From Euglena gracilis (lineage: Eukaryota): a stretch of 64,000 nt of DNA. This document shows, piece after piece, positions 34,288 through 48,814 of the stretch. The position numbers and the translations under genes are program-made. The stretch's first letter is position 1. Every line of letters starts with the position of its first letter. Where the stretch lies: positions 43,336,632 to 43,400,631 of the forward strand of contig CP154954.1 in NCBI GenBank assembly GCA_039621445.1, given 5' to 3'. The notes below the pieces were generated by a model, which was given only the letters and a program-made list of their open reading frames with translations, did no database searches and had not been told where the DNA came from.

Positions 34288-35287
34288 TACCCCCGGGGGG
34301 GGGGGTCCAGCCAGCCAGCAGAGTCAAGTGAAATGAAGTCGGGTCCAGCCCAGCCGGAGGCCGGGCCAGCCGGCCGCTGGCTGGCCAGCCAACTGGGCTG
34401 CCCAGCTCACCTATCCCTGCATTTTTCCCCCTCATCACAGCTTCCCCCATCACAGCCCCCCAGCCTTGATCTAGCTCCATCCATCAAAATGTCGAGAAGG
34501 CAAAAATGTTTTAGAAATTCTTGTTTTTCACCGACCCAGCCCAGCCCAGCCCCCTCCAGCCCCGGACCCCCCCCCCCTGTACTCCAGGGTCCAACCAGCA
34601 GGTTGTTTCCAGCCAGCAGCCTTTTTGCCAGCCAGAGGCTGGACCTCCGCGGGGGGGGGGGGGGGTTCCTTAGGCAATTCCCTGATGGAGGCTATCTGAG
34701 GTTTGGTTGGGGGGGGGGGGGCGGCTGTACCACAGAGGATCAAGACCCCATTCCCAGCTTTGCATCATAACCTTGCATCAGAAGACTGAGCTGACCTTGC
34801 GGGGAGACAAGAGCAAACGAACCTTCCTCCTTCGGTGAAAAATGGTGTTCATAGCGACGTTTTCGCTCCGCTGTAGGCAAGCATCGGCGATCAGGGCAGA
34901 GGTTTTCTTACGCCGAGGGACCCTGACCTCCGGGGAGGGGGAGTCCAGCTAGCCAGCAGCTTTCTTCCAGCCAGCACCTCCTAGCCGGGATGCGCCCCCC
35001 CCCCCCCTAGGGGATCGATGAAATAAAGTTCGGGCCATCCTGGCATAGCCAGGATGGACAGAAAAAAATCTTGCGCAAAACGCCGAAAATTTTGGGGACA
35101 TTTTTGGGGCGGCTTTTTTTTGGGATTGTACTTTCAAATTTGGCTGAAAAATGCCAACCCAGCTGGATTTGGGTTTTTTTCAGGCATTTTCCATTTCCAT
35201 TTGCCTGGTCCAGCTGCCAGCCAGCCACACCCCCCTGGACCCCAAGGGGAGGAGTCCAGTCAGCACCTTCTTCTAGCCACCCCCGGG
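34288..35287. repeat. Two adjacent CCAGCCAGC-subrepeat elements (MITE-like)
   Basis: Dense ccagccagc motifs at ~34290-34665 and ~34925-35287, bounded by C/G runs; the second contains the shared GCGC..GCCGAAAATTTT core. Confidence 0.5.
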
Positions 35288-38200
35288 CTGCTTAAGAAGG
35301 CCCCCTTGTTCTGGGCCATCGTTTTGGGCGGCTATTGTTTCTTCTGCCGGGGTGTGTTCCATACCGTCACAGGGTTTCTTTTGCACCACTGCACCACTGC
35401 GCAATCCCGCAACACATATGGGCGGCTGGGAGTGCTTGCCAGCACATCCGTTGGAACACTATTCCCGGGGTTCGCTCTCGGGTCTGCCTGACCGCTCCAT
35501 TGGAGCCCCCACCGTGGTCCACCTTTGGTTCTTTCTTCCCATCCGGTGTGGATGGCTGCGTCGCTGTGCACTACCTGCGACTTGGCTGGGCAACCTCTAT
35601 CCTGGTATCCTGGGAGTACAAGTTACCCTGAGAGCCAAGCCCCACCCTGAGAGCGAGAAAACAGAACAAACCGTAGCCTCCCACAGAGAACCTCCGCCAC
35701 ACGTGCATGCACGTGCGTACACTCAGAAGCCCCCCTCCAACTGGTGCATTGATCTTTTGAAGGTCTTTTAGGCTTATATCTTTTGTGACGAGGCCAAGGT
35801 GAAGAGGTGAGGTTTGTTTTCAAAACATGGTCTCAAACGTCAAGAAATACACAACGGGTTCGGTAACTCAGGGCAGGGCAATTGCTTCTGGAGAGCGTTT
35901 CATCAAAGAAATTTGTGCTGTGTGATTTCTGTTAGGCTGATTCTGGCGACAACCACCCCATCATCCTTCTTTTCTGGCAGCTGTTTGTGGTGATGGAGAA
36001 TCAGGAGTAGCAGGGAAGGGGGAAGTCGGCAAGCCAACGCGCGGCAGCATGCTTGGAGGCCCGGCCTACACCCCTCGCCCAGCCTCTCTTCCAGCCCCCC
36101 CCCCCCAGCCTGGACGGCCCTCTTATCCTCGCACCCCGGAGAGACAAGTCATTCCGTGCACTGTGTCTGCCTTTCCCCCCATCATTCTAATTCACGCTCA
36201 CGCCGGAGGGGCAGTTGCGAACAGAAGTTTGCTGAAGGAACGGGCCCCACAGGCTGATTTTCACCAGCTCATCCCTTCGAATGGACAGCCTGAAGTCGGT
36301 GTCGCCTTGTCTGTGTATTAACCTTTATCACCCGACCTTGTGCACCAGCTTTGTCAGAACATTAAACGTTGACGAAATAAGTCCCAGTCACTCGTTGAAG
36401 AACGCCAAAATAAAAGAAGGAGCTGGAAAAAATTCGCCACCAAAGACACTGACCAATGCACGAGGTACACATCCCATTGTACCCCAATACGTCCACCATC
36501 CATCTGTCCACCCAGGCACAGCCATCCACCCGCATATGCCCTCCAACAAACAAGAAATGACGCAAGGTGAGGTCTGAACAGCTATGGCGTTCCTACACCC
36601 CGAGGGCACTGCCGACGTCAATGATTCATCACTGTTGCGAAACCCCGGGGGGTTTCGAGAGGTTAGTTTGGGGCTACCGGACCTCCGGGGGGGGGGGGCG
36701 ATGCGCCATCGGTCAGCCCAGCCTGGCCGGGCCAGAAGAATTTTTTCCAGGCGGACCTGAGGTGGGTGGATGGGTCCACCTGTGGGGGGGGGGGGGGGGT
36801 CGTGCATGGGTGGGTTTGGGCCCCGGGAAAGGTGCCCACCTGCCCCCCCCCCGGGTCATCAAGTCGATCGGGGGCATCCATTTACGGATGGATAATGACG
36901 CAAAAGCCCCCCGGTGCATGTCTGATGGGTGCCGCGCAAGGTGCCGATGCCCACCCCGGGGCATCGGCATCCCCGGGGCCGGGGCGGGGGGGGGGGGGGT
37001 CAGCCCCGCAGCGGCCCCAACGCCGTGGACCAGCCGGCGCAGGGGGCCTGGGGCGTGGCCTCGGCCCGGCCCGCACGCACACACTGCGCCACCGAAGGAG
37101 CCGAAGGAGACCTGCCCCACCCTTTGACCTGCGGCGTTGTGCCCCTGGAGGGGGATGGACTGCAACGGGAGACATGGGGCTGAAGAACCTTGGCCGTCTT
37201 TTTGGGTTGGTGACGTGTTCGAGGTGGTACAGAAGGTGGATCAGGAGAGAGGCAGGTATGCCCGGACATGCACCGGTAGTGAACGTTTCAGATGTTGACG
37301 TTTAAAAAGGAATTTCGAACCAGCAGGAATCCCAAACAAATTTTGTTGTTATTTTTTGATTTGGAATTATGTCCTTTGTTTATGGGTTTTTAATTGGGAA
37401 TGATGCTCTGGGTGCTTTGAGGGTTGGGGACTGCGTCATGGGTGAGCCGCAGACGTTGTCAACCGACATGCCAGAAATCTAGAAATTTGGGCACAGGGGT
37501 TTACAGGGGTGGTCTTTAAGATGCTTTGCATCATTCACTGGGGGGGGGGGGCGAGAGCAAAGAAGAGGAAGCAGGAAGTCTTTCCACCGTGGCAGCCCGC
37601 ACAGTTATAGGTTTACTCCGTTTCATCCTTATTGTAATTTGCGCACCACACCCCCCCTGCACCTCCATTGAGCATGGGCCTTGCTGAACCCGAGGGGGAG
37701 GTTCCCCCAAGCTCTTCTGTCTTCCCCTGATCCCCCTCCCCAAGCAACCAATCTTTGCATGGTCATGTGTCTCCAATTAGACTTCTGCTCAATGGTTTGC
37801 CGGGGAAGGGGGGGCTTGATTGCAGCTAGTCCAAATTCGGCCAATGGAAAATTCCATTGGACCCCCTGGGGTCCGCCAGCAGGAGCAGATTTGTTCCCAG
37901 TGACCGGTGCGAAGCGCCGGAAACTTCCTTTTTTTACCCCAAAGCCTGCCAAAACTGCCGATTTTTGGTTCTATTTCCATTTCCATTTCCACCTTGGCGA
38001 GCAGCGCCAAAGGAGCAGCGCCAGGTGCTCCCCCCCAGGGTAGGTCTTTGTCAGTGGCTTTTTCCCAAAGCCTAGTCAAATGGCTGGCCAGTGGACCCCC
38101 CCCCCCTTCAACAGAGGGCAGCCAGCTCTGGGTGGTTTTTTGGACTTCCCCGGTGTCGGGGTCCCTTGCTGCTGCCGGCGAAGGTGCTGCGGTCCCCCTC

Positions 38201-41200
38201 CCCCTCCCCCCCCCCGCCCCGACCTGCGATGTCCAAACCACCACCGCCACCCTCCAACAAGGCCCTTCGGCCCGCCCTTGAAACCGCCTGCTGCACAGTC
38301 AGGCAGGGGGTCTGATCTCTTTGCCGGAAACACGCCGCATTTCCCACGATGCCCCGATGGTGCCGCGCGGCACGGCACGCCGCTTTCCAAGGCTGGCACT
38401 GTTGCCGCTGCGTTCTTCGGTGGATTGGTAAGCCTGGCCAAATGACCTGGTGGGGCACTGGCTGGAGGGAATGGCAGCCAGCTGTGCAACCCACCTGCAG
38501 GTGGGGTGCCGTTTATCCCGGGTCGTTCAAATTTTTGTTGTTGTTGCTTTCGGTGCAAACAAAAAAATGTACTCATTCTTTTCATCTTGTAAAGCTGGAA
38601 GACACTCTCACCACACTTTGGGAGATTTGAAGAGAGATACAGCTACCACCAACATAATTTCTTCCCACAGAAGGCTGTCCTCTAGCGTTTGGAGTTTCAG
38701 CCGCATTTGCCTACAAAGATAAAGCGCCAGGAGCGGTTGGTTTCATTTTGCACCCCCCCCCGGTCACTGCTTCTGGGTTCATCGACATTGAGCTACGTAC
38801 AGTTTGTTGCACAGGAGCCAGTAACCACCACTGCCTCAGGAGGCAGAAAATACCGAACCACACTGTGATGTTCTGTTCGCCCTTTGTCACCTGCCATGAA
38901 CTTTCTCATTCCTCTTTCGGGCAAGCCAGGGTCGGCCGAAATCTGGGTGCATGGGCAGCCCTTCATTTTGTGGGATATGAGCAGCATCCTGCTTTCCACC
39001 GTACTCTGTCCTGTGATCCCCATGCGCACATTCATATTAAAGCACAATTGTGCCAAACCATCAACCCAGCATTCACAACCCTCCAGGGAGGGGGAACAGA
39101 GGAAAACAGTGGGGGGGGCTTTCACACACTCACCCCAAAGGTACATCGCCCCAGGGGGGGGGGGGCGGTGTAACCCTGCGAATGGTGGTCGGGGTGATCA
39201 CCATTTGAGGCATTGCTTGGGCCTATCAGGGGGAACAGGCCGGTCCTTCCCCCGATCGTCCCCTGACTGCACTGACCTCGGCCTTGGGCGGCTGACCCCC
39301 CAGCGGGCGGCGCAGGCGGCGGCCCCTCGCATCCCGGTGGCTTCCACCGCAGGAATCGCAGGCTGCGGGCGGGCCTTGACAGCGACCACGCCCCGGTACC
39401 CGGCCCGTGGGTGGGTTGTGGGTGGGCGGGTGTTGGGTGTCGATGGGGGTACCAGAGGAGCTTTCCACATCTGTCCTCCGGCGAACAGCAGCAGAACAAC
39501 AACAGCAGAGGACACGGGCACAGGGTGTCCCCCGGGTCCGCCAACGCCGCGTGGTCAAAGCCCGGCAGGGCGTCTGTCCGCCTGACCTCTCTACAGGGAC
39601 GGAGATCCTCTTCTCCTGCACAGGCATGGGCTGGCACTGGCCATATGGCGCGGCATGCGGTAGACCTGTGGCTTTCTCCCGCCCGCACCAAATCTTGGCG
39701 GACTGGAAGCATGCTACAACTTACTCAACAGCCAACCGCCTTGGGCGGCTGGATTTTCAAGAGCAACTGACTGGCTCGTCCCAAACCCTCTCCTGGGGGG
39801 GGGGGTCGGCAAAAACCCATTGAACTCACCCTGAATTATATTCCGGGATATATTTCTTGGACCACCAGGGGTGGTTCCCGGTAGTTTTCCAACGGAACAC
39901 CACTTTTTGGAAGAGAGGAAGTGACTCCCCTCCCCCGGGTCAGTTAAGGAACCCCACCCCCAAATGATATTCCCCCAACAAATATTATTGGGTCGGGGGA
40001 AGTCCACCCCACGGCAGCGGTCCGCAAGGGACGCGGTTCCTTGCTTTCTTCTTCTCGTTAAGGACCGCCCCTTGCGGGCTTTTTTGTGGCGGTTTCGAGG
40101 TCTCGCCCTCCGCTCCGCCACCGCTTCGCTTCGGCAATGCCCCCCCCCCCGGCCCTGGCTGGCCCCGCCGGTATGAGAGGGGATGGGGGGACCCGGTCAC
40201 GTGGTATATTGGGCCCGGGCCCCTCTGCCCGCTGACCTCCCGTTGACCCGCGTCGTGACCCACGGCCACTCCGGCCGGCTCATGCCACCCCAGTCCCCCC
40301 CATCGACGAGGGCCGCCCCTCGATGCTCGGGCTCGCAGTGGCCAGGCTGGGTCAATGGCGCAGGGGTGGATGTGCCGAAACGTTGTCGCGTCACCATTGG
40401 CCCTGAGCAGGACCCAGTTGTGCTATGGTTGAGCCAGGGGTGTGTCTTCACCGGGAACTTCCCCGGCATTTTCCTCCCCCCCCCCCAAACCCCAAAAAGA
40501 GGTGCGCAGAGAGATGGATGGGACGTGACAATTCTAGCTCCCGAGTTCCATCCCGGCCAAGAGTGGGGGGAAGAAGCTCAACATTTTTGAAAATTTGCTG
40601 GTATTTTGTCTTTTTGTCATTTTAGTTTGCAGTTTTCCCTGATCCGGTTTTGTTAGTCAACTTCCATTTTACGACCCGGTGGAGGTTTTCTTTCCAGTCG
40701 CTCTACGTTCGCCCTCCAGATTCCCCCATCCCCAAACCCACCGGGAGGGCAGATCCTCCATCCACTGCACTGTGCCGCACTGCTCCCCCCAGGGTTGAAC
40801 AGGAAGCTCAGAAACCCCATGGATAGTGGCGGAGGGTCCGATCCTCCCTCTCGCCGCGCCATCCCATTCCTTTTTTTTTTCCAGGGACCAACTTTTATGC
40901 AAAACTTTCTTTCACCGCAGTAATTTTTCATGGCACGGTGCCCATGGGTTGGTGGGGTGTCCCCACCTCCTTCTCATTCCGCCCTGCCTATGCTCTGCAC
41001 TGCCCAACTCCCAAACCATTCTCCCGGGGGGCTGCTTGCCTGGACAGAGGATGGCGTTGCTTCTTCCTCTTCTCTTTGCGCCGCGCCGTGCCGAGTGCCC
41101 CCCATCCTTTCCTGTTTTTTTTGTTTTTTTGCGGTCCAGCCACCAGCCTTTATGCTCCCTCCCCCCCACCCCCCCCCCTCTCAGGAGGCTGAAACTCAGT

Positions 41201-41467
41201 CCCACTGCTGGGATGCAGATTGCTACCAACGGGGGTTTTGTTTTGCATGTGTCTAGCTCTGAACTCGGACGGCGGTGCAAGCGCGCCGGGGAATTGTGCA
41301 TTGTGTCTGCCCATCAATGCACCCCCGAGTTCACATATTTCGAATGATGGAGAGGGGGTGCTGTTCAAATCCCGTAGTTCTGTATTGCGATGCGTTGCTT
41401 GGCTCACAAAGTTGCCGTCGGGCCCCCCCCCCTCGCCTCTGGGCCAGACAATTGCTTAAGCACTGTC

Positions 41468-41790
41468 CCACCCCCCCCCCCGGGGGGGTGGGTGACTGGT
41501 TTTTTCAGAGTGACTGACTGGTTTTGGGCCCGGACCCCCTCCCCCCCCCCCGGGGGGGGGGGGTCGGCCAGGAGTGGGCAAAAGTGGCTTGAGTGACCCC
41601 GGCGCCGAAGGCGCCGGAAATTTTTTTTTGGCCTAAAATGGCCTAAAGTGACTGGAAAGTGGCCGTTTTTCTGAGTGGCCGACCCCCCCGGGGGGGGGGG
41701 GGGTAGTGACTGGCTGGTTTTTTGAAAATGAGTGACTGACTGGTTTTTAAAAAAGTGGAGTGACCCCCCCCTCCCCCCCCCGGGGGTCGG
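41468..41790. mobile_element. GTGACTG(A/G)CTGGTTTT family repeat (MITE-like); related copies at ~2685-2810 and ~47760-48042
   Basis: Repeated gtgactgactggtttt motif, central CCGGCGCCGAAGGCGCCGG hairpin, end ..cgg-TA. Confidence 0.65.
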
Positions 41791-44700
41791 TAAGCAATTG
41801 TATGCTCTGGGCGTGGCGCGGCTCCCGGCTTCGCAGTGGAACGCTGCTGGTGTCCAGCGGCTGCACTTCCGATGCACCGCTGCGGGTGGCGGCCGTCCAG
41901 CTGCTTCAGTCTGTTGTGACAATGAAAAGGAAGCAAAACGGAGAAGGAGAAAATCAAAGCTTCACGCCGGCTATCGGTAAAAAGCAGTGCGGATCTTATG
42001 GGATATTGCCCCTTGACATGCCCTTTTGGCTGTTTTGGATTTTGGTCACCAGACCACGCCATTGTTTAGGTGGGGTGTCCCCCCCCCGGACCAGAGGGGG
42101 GGTCCGACCCTCCCACCTGCCTTCACATGGAACCCTGTCTGACCCCTCACCAGGCCTTCCTACCCATGGCGCCAGGGCCACACAATGGCTGGTCCGGAGC
42201 GCGAACAGGGTAGAAAGAGATATTTTTCAACAGAAAATTATTCAAAAAAAAACTCTTTTTTCCCCATTTTTGTTTGATGGCCGATGGTCTAAGGAAGCCA
42301 AAAGTCGCTCTATCCCCCCCAAATTTCGACCCCTTTTTTTTTACCAAAGTATGGAGTTTTTTCCCGGCCGTTTTCCATGAGAATTATTCATTGAGTGCGT
42401 TGACAGAGAATTTTTACCATTAAGGACCAATTTGGTAAAAGAGCTGGAACCCCAAGGGCGGCAATGCAGTGAGATAATTCCCAACGGTTCCATCTCGATG
42501 TGTCGGATTTTGTTTTGTCTTGTTCGAGGTGAGTGTCCCTCCTCCAGTGAGCACCCCAAACACCCACTGCAGTGATCCCATAGCTCCATCACTGGAATTG
42601 TGTGGTAGCTTTTGTCGCCTCCGTCTCCTCCAGTCAATGAAAACTTCCAAAAACCATAGAAATCAATGAAATGAAAAACGTTCACATTCCAAAAAAAAAT
42701 GGTAAGCAATTCAGAAAAAAGCCACAAAATTTCAAAGTAAAGGATTTTGGTTGCCCAAATAACCCCCCCAAAAAATATAAGCAACCCCCCCCCTCTATAA
42801 GCAACCCCCAAATAAAATTTTAATTAAAACAGCACACACAAAAACGGCAGAAATCAGCGAATTTCAAATACGAACAACCCCTGGAGCCAGGTTTCGGAAA
42901 CCTGAACACAGGCAAATGGTTGCGTACATTTGGGGAGGGGGGTAAACCAGGAGGTCTTCAACTGATGTTTAACATCTGTACTGAAGTATATCAAGCAACC
43001 TTGGCGCAAACAGGATTTTACCCAGGTTTGATACACGGAGGGTGTCACGTTTTTAGTTTTCCCATTCCCCCTCTTCACTGACTTCCAGAGCCAGAAAAGA
43101 ATTATTTTGGGTAAGTTTTCCAAACCCAAAAAAGAAGGCCTTAACCTAAACACACACTTCTTTGTTTAGAATTCTTTGTTCGTGCTCTATTTGACAATGA
43201 CAATGGCTCTGTTTCGTTGGGCCAATCATTTCATTTCATTATTCCATTGGACCAACCAAAACATGATTTTATAACTGACATAAATGCCGATTATTAAAGG
43301 AAAATCAGGGTTTGATTCTTTCCTCCAGGCCCAAAGTGACCCAAAATGGTCAAAGAGTGGAGCAGGCGGAAGCCCAGTTGGGGAGGTGCTCACAATTTAA
43401 GGATGAAATTTCGGGCCCATTTTTTGACATTTTGGGGTGGACAATTGTTTGACAGGATACACATCACAACCATTTTCTGGCAAAGAATCAAAAGAAATCG
43501 ACGAGACACCCACACACATGCGCGCGCACGCTTGCACACACCCACACACACAAGCACACACAACACCAAGAACCCGCAATTTGGGCTGAATACTCTTGGA
43601 TGCAAACATGAGAAAATGTATGTATTTTTGCTCTATTTTCAACCGACGGGTTTTTATTTTGAGGTCGTGCCCCCTGCCTCCTTAAAATTAATCAATTAAA
43701 ATCCACCATTATTTTTGTGCTATTGTTATCCACCAAAATAATGATATCCCCAAAATGCAAAACTTTTGTATTTTCATGCTTGAGATAGATATGCTTCATA
43801 GATTTGGAGGAATCTCTTGCCCACCTCGGGAAGCCTGTGCCGTAAAGGCAGGGATGCTTTGGGAGGTCCATTTGGGGGGGTTGCCGACTGGTCGGTCCAG
43901 GGGATATGCTTTGGGGGGGGGGGGATGCCACTCCAGCAAGCAGTTGCACGGCACGGACCCCTTCCCACCCACCCACCCCCTTCCCACCGGTGCCTCCCGC
44001 CTCTGCCCCCCGCGATGCCATGGCCCTCTGATCCCCCGCCCTTTGAGGGGGACCCCGTTTATTTTGCGTCCTCTGCCCGCCCCCCTCCCCCTCCCTCAGG
44101 GGGGGGCCCGCGCCGTAGTCGGCCCCTGACCGCCCCCTCTCAATGCCCCTCCGCCGGCCGGCGCTGGGGGCATTGCCCTGGGGGGGGGGGGGGGGGCTGG
44201 CGCGTTGGGCGGACGGAAGGGCCAAGGTTGGGGGTGGAAGCGGGGACCGGAGGCAAGGACCGTTGGCGTCGGCCAGGGTCGGGGCTTGGGGGCAAGAGGA
44301 GTGGCCCAACAGGAATCCAGCAGGGACACAAAGGTCAGGCGGGGGGTGGCGTCGAGGGGGCTTGGGTGGCCGCCTCGCCGCGGTTCCGGTTCTGCCCGGC
44401 TTCCGCCCTCCCTCCCGCGGGGTGAGGGAGTCCTCCAATCCCGGGCGACTGAGTTGATTTCCCACCGGCATTTGCTAAATGCTCCGAAGGGGCAATGCCC
44501 CGCTGGGCCTAGTCAGGGCGCCGCCCCCACAAACGCGCCGCCGCCCGAGCCTTGTTACCCCTCGGGTGCCTTTTGTCCAGCCTCCAAGCCCATAGCCATC
44601 GTGATACCGTTGCTGAGCACAGCGGGCCTCAGCACCCCCACTCCCCGGGCTGTCCGCTGCCTCTATTTATAATGCAGTGGTCCCATGTGTTTGAGCTCCC

Positions 44701-45580
44701 ACCCATTTGGCGTGCAAAAAGTTTCGAAGAAAAAATGATGTGTCGCGTACTTTTTTTCGTACGTTTTTAATGATGACAACTCGGAACAAATGTAAATGTG
44801 CTCGAAAAATGGTCCAAAATGCCGCACATGGCTAAAACAAGGGGAAATGGTATCTTTTGAGGCAATGAGATTTTCCAACCAAATGTAGATACCCCCTGAG
44901 GGTCTTGAAGTTCTGCTGAATAAAATGGGGGGATATTATATTTGTGCTTCGGGATTTGGGGCGTAAATATCCTTTTGTCCATCCATCAATGGCAAACATG
45001 GATGGTGCCGAATTTGTTCCACGTTCTTTCCTAACTTGGCAATGGCACTTCACCCCTTAGACGCACTTTGCTTCTGTTGGCAATTAACTCCCCAAAGAAC
45101 GCCTAAAAGGCATGACACATGAGGGAAAAGCCTTAATACACAGTGCTATGATGGATTCAACAGTTTTGCCTTGCCGTTGCTGGCATTCTCGCTGCATGCT
45201 GAACAGACCACAAGAAGAGGGAGGAAAGAAATTCCACACTCAGACTTTGCCTGAGTGTCTCTTTTTTAAAAAGCAGAGGATGTTCCTGTAACGTGGTCAC
45301 ATGACAAACGAGACATTGGGCATTGGGGAAGCTGACGCACACTGCGTGTCAGCATCCCCATTTGGGATGTGGGGGGGGGACAGCATGCATCGATGTGAAG
45401 CAGTATTGGGAATAGCGAAGAAGAATTTTCTTGTCATACCGCAAGTGTCCACGAGCAGATGAAAACAGGGCCTTTGTGAAGTGAGGAAGCTTTCCTAAAC
45501 ATCCACTCAACCATTCATCTTGAGGAAGCCTTGCCTGAGGGGGAGTTTGACTCCCTCTCAACCCAAGTTGGGTTTGTTTG

Positions 45581-45624
<44 letters not shown>

Positions 45625-46257
45625 ACCAGAAGGTTTTCTTTGAGGTAGAACTCAACTGCATAGACTCACGATTGATCGCCAGCTTCAAAAAGTATTTATT
45701 TTCCTCGTTTTTATGAAGAAAGTTTTTCGAGCCTGGCCGCATCTAGCACCTCCGTATCTCCTCTCAGACGACCACAAATCGATGGGCAAGAATTCGGCGA
45801 CAATTTCCCAAGGTCAAAAAAAAAACTTCCTTGTCGCCCAGACTAGCCAGGAAATGCACATACTGGGAGTATGAAACAGCTAGAAGACAGTTCTTTGTAC
45901 CGAAAGACCAAACCCGAAGGAAATTTCAGCAATTCGCGAGAGTAAAGCAACCAATCAAAGCCAAATTCGTGTTATCTGAACAATAACGGGAAAAGAAAGA
46001 AGAAGCCACAGTATTTCAAGCAAAAGTGACACAAATGGTAGTTGGGGTCGATTGGCCCACACAAATGAACACTGATGATCATTGCCATCCAGGGCATTTT
46101 CAACGAGTTTCATAAAAGAAAAGTTTTTGCTTCGATTTTGCAGGAAATTGGTTCTTACATGAAAGCTCAACGTATGAATGGATCAGTGCCAAAAAAATAT
46201 CAGCATATTGTTCAGGGAGGTCACACGCCCAACCCCCCCATCCTGGTGGGGGAAGTA

Positions 46258-46451
46258 CCCCCCCCATAAATGACACCCCCCGGTCGCAAAAAAAAAATTC
46301 CTGCCGCATAATGAAAATGGACAACAAATGAAGGAAAGAAACCCCCCCATAAGTGACACCCCCCCCATAAGTGACACCCCCCATAAGTGACACCCCCCAT
46401 AAATGACACCACCCACAAGTGTCGGGGGTGTCATTTATGGGGGGGGGGGTG
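46258..46451. mobile_element. MITE with CCCCCCCCATAAATGACACCCC TIRs, TA flanks and internal 16-17-mer tandem copies of the TIR motif
   Basis: ta-ccccccccataaatgacacccc ... ggggtgtcatttatggggggggggg-tg-ta. Confidence 0.8.
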
Positions 46452-48118
46452 TAGGCCAAAGTTTTCCTTCGGTGCCGAAGGAAACTTTCCTTTGTGGTTC
46501 CATGGTGGGTGGCAGGCCTCTTCGGAAGGGTTCGCCGGACCCGCAGCACCCCGGGGACTTGACTGCAGCCAGTCCAAATTGGCTGGTGGAAATCCCACTG
46601 GACCTCTCTGGGGAGAAATTCGACAAAAAAAAATGCCGAGGTTGCCAAAAATTGCAGTTTTCAGGGGGTTTCTGGAACCAAATCAGCCAAATAATGGACC
46701 TAATCAGCTCATTAAAAACCCTATTTTCCACCTCGGCACACAGTGCTGGAAGTTTTTTTTCCAGTTTCAGGGACCCAACCCCCCCACCAGGGAGAGGAGT
46801 CTAGCCAGTTAGCATTTTTCCAGTGGCTAGCCAAATGGCAGGCTAAGTGGACCCCCCGCGGTCCTCAAGGAAAAGCCAAAAGCCTGGGGGGTAGACCCCC
46901 CCACCAGGCCCTCCCGTACGGCCCTGCACACACCCCAGGCAGCGGGGAGGCGGCCTCCCCACGCCCTACCGCGATGGGAGCGCGAACTGCCTCTGGCGGC
47001 GGATGTGGTTGCCGTGCCCGCCAGCCTTTTCCCCTCCTCCCCCTCCCCTTTTTGCTTTGCCGATGCCGCCCCACACCACACTGCCACGTTGGCGTCAGGC
47101 TGCCCACGTACCCACATCTGTGGCCGCGGGCCTCCATCGTGCGTGCATGCACCCATTTTGGGGGGTTTGCACGCCGTTTTGTCGGGTCGGCAAGAATGCA
47201 AGTGTCAAGCATACCCGAGGGCTTTGGATTTTCATCGGCAGAGGGGAGGCGCCTCCGCCTGTCTTTCAGGCTCTGCAGACTCACGGCGAGGGGGCTGCTG
47301 CAGCAAGCCCCATTTTCGGTCCAGCCCTGCCACATCAGCACCTCCCCCTGGGCTGTGGGGGGGGGGGGAGGATGCTCTGCCGCCAACCTGCTGCCACGGT
47401 CGCAAGCCTGACTCTTCTTCCCTCTGGGCATGAACAGAGCTTCAGCCTGCGGCGTGTCTGGTGTGCTCGGTCACCGCTTTCCCATTATTTGTTCCCGCTC
47501 AACCGTGAACTGAGCTGCTTCGTCTCCCCCATATCCAGCTTGGCCTTTCTGTTATTGCGGCTTTGTCCCAAACAGATTTTAAAGCTTTTTTAAGGAAGGT
47601 TAAGGAAGGTCGGGGGGGGGGGAGGACGACCCTGTTTTTTTTTCGACCCTGTTTTCGATTTTTGGGATGATTAATGTTAGTACACTCTCCCGACTCTGAA
47701 GGCACTGTGACCTCAATTCAAGGGAACTGGGCCGGGACCATACCATTGTTAAAGGTGTGTCTGACCCCCCCGGAGGGGTGACTGGCTGGTTTTTCGGAGT
47801 CATTAACTGGTTCTTGGCCCCCCCCCCAGGGGGTGGCGTCGGCCTGGATTGGCCAAAGGCACTGGAAAAAATTTGGGGTTTTGACCAAGATCCTTTGATT
47901 TTTGGCCATTTTTGGCCAAGTGGCCAAAGTGACCGACCACCCCCACGGGGGGAAGGAAGTGGGTGACTGGTTTTTGAAAGGATTGACTGGTTTTTTTGAA
48001 AGTGGAACGTGAACCCCCCCCCCCCCCAGGGGGCCGGCCGGGTAAGCAACAGTGTGGTCGGGACCCAGGGCTGCTGCCTAGAAGGCGTGTGTGTTGTGGT
48101 GTGTAGGTGTGTGTGGTA

Positions 48119-48151
<33 letters not shown>

Positions 48152-48814
48152 TGTGTGTGTTGTGTGTGCCTTGTATGTATTGTGTGTGTTTGTGTTATGT
48201 TGTGTTGTGTTGTGTTGTGGTGTGGTGTGGTGTGTTGCGTTGCGTTGCGTTGCGTTGTGTGTAGGTGTGGGTGTGTGAGTGGGTCTGGGTGTGTGTGTGT
48301 GTTGTGTGTGTTGTATGTGTTGTATGTGTGTGTTAACACGGAAGCCTGGGAAGGCTAGTGGCTACGCGGGGGGGGAGGGCTCAAGAGTTGCAGCGGTGGG
48401 TGTCTGAGTTTTTTTTGGCGCAGATATAGGAAGAGTTGTTTGGACGGAGGAGCAGTGCCGCAGCTCCGGTACCGACAAATCAGAGGCTTCGAAGCAGAAA
48501 CCCATCACCCCCCCAAAACCAGCCTCGATACATTTACCGAGAGCACACCCACCCACCCACCCACCCACCCACAAACACACACACGCGCGCGCGCGCACGC
48601 ACGCACACACAACACACACAACGCGTGCGTGCACACACGCATGCACACACATACACACTCGACATATAACGCGCACAGACACAAAGCGCCATGAGCGACT
48701 CGGGTTGGTGAGTATTGGGGGTGGGTGCACAGGGGGTAGGGAGGTTGTCTACCCGCCTCACCACTGCAGCCCCCCCCCCCCCCGGCTCCACCCCAGGGCT
48801 CCACCCCACCCGGG

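Noticed and set aside
45713-46200. Decayed Tc1/mariner transposase fragments (also ~11280-11640 and ~13330-13620)
   Set aside because: Only faint resemblance, with stops and frameshifts and no clear DDE motif; a translated HMM search would be needed
46330-46410. CRISPR-like repeat arrays (also 14264 and 52885)
   Set aside because: Tandem subrepeats without unique spacers, no cas genes, eukaryotic context
44000-47460. Additional gene from GC-rich islands at 44.1-44.7 kb and 46.9-47.4 kb
   Set aside because: Possibly exons, but no consistent frame, junctions or domain could be established
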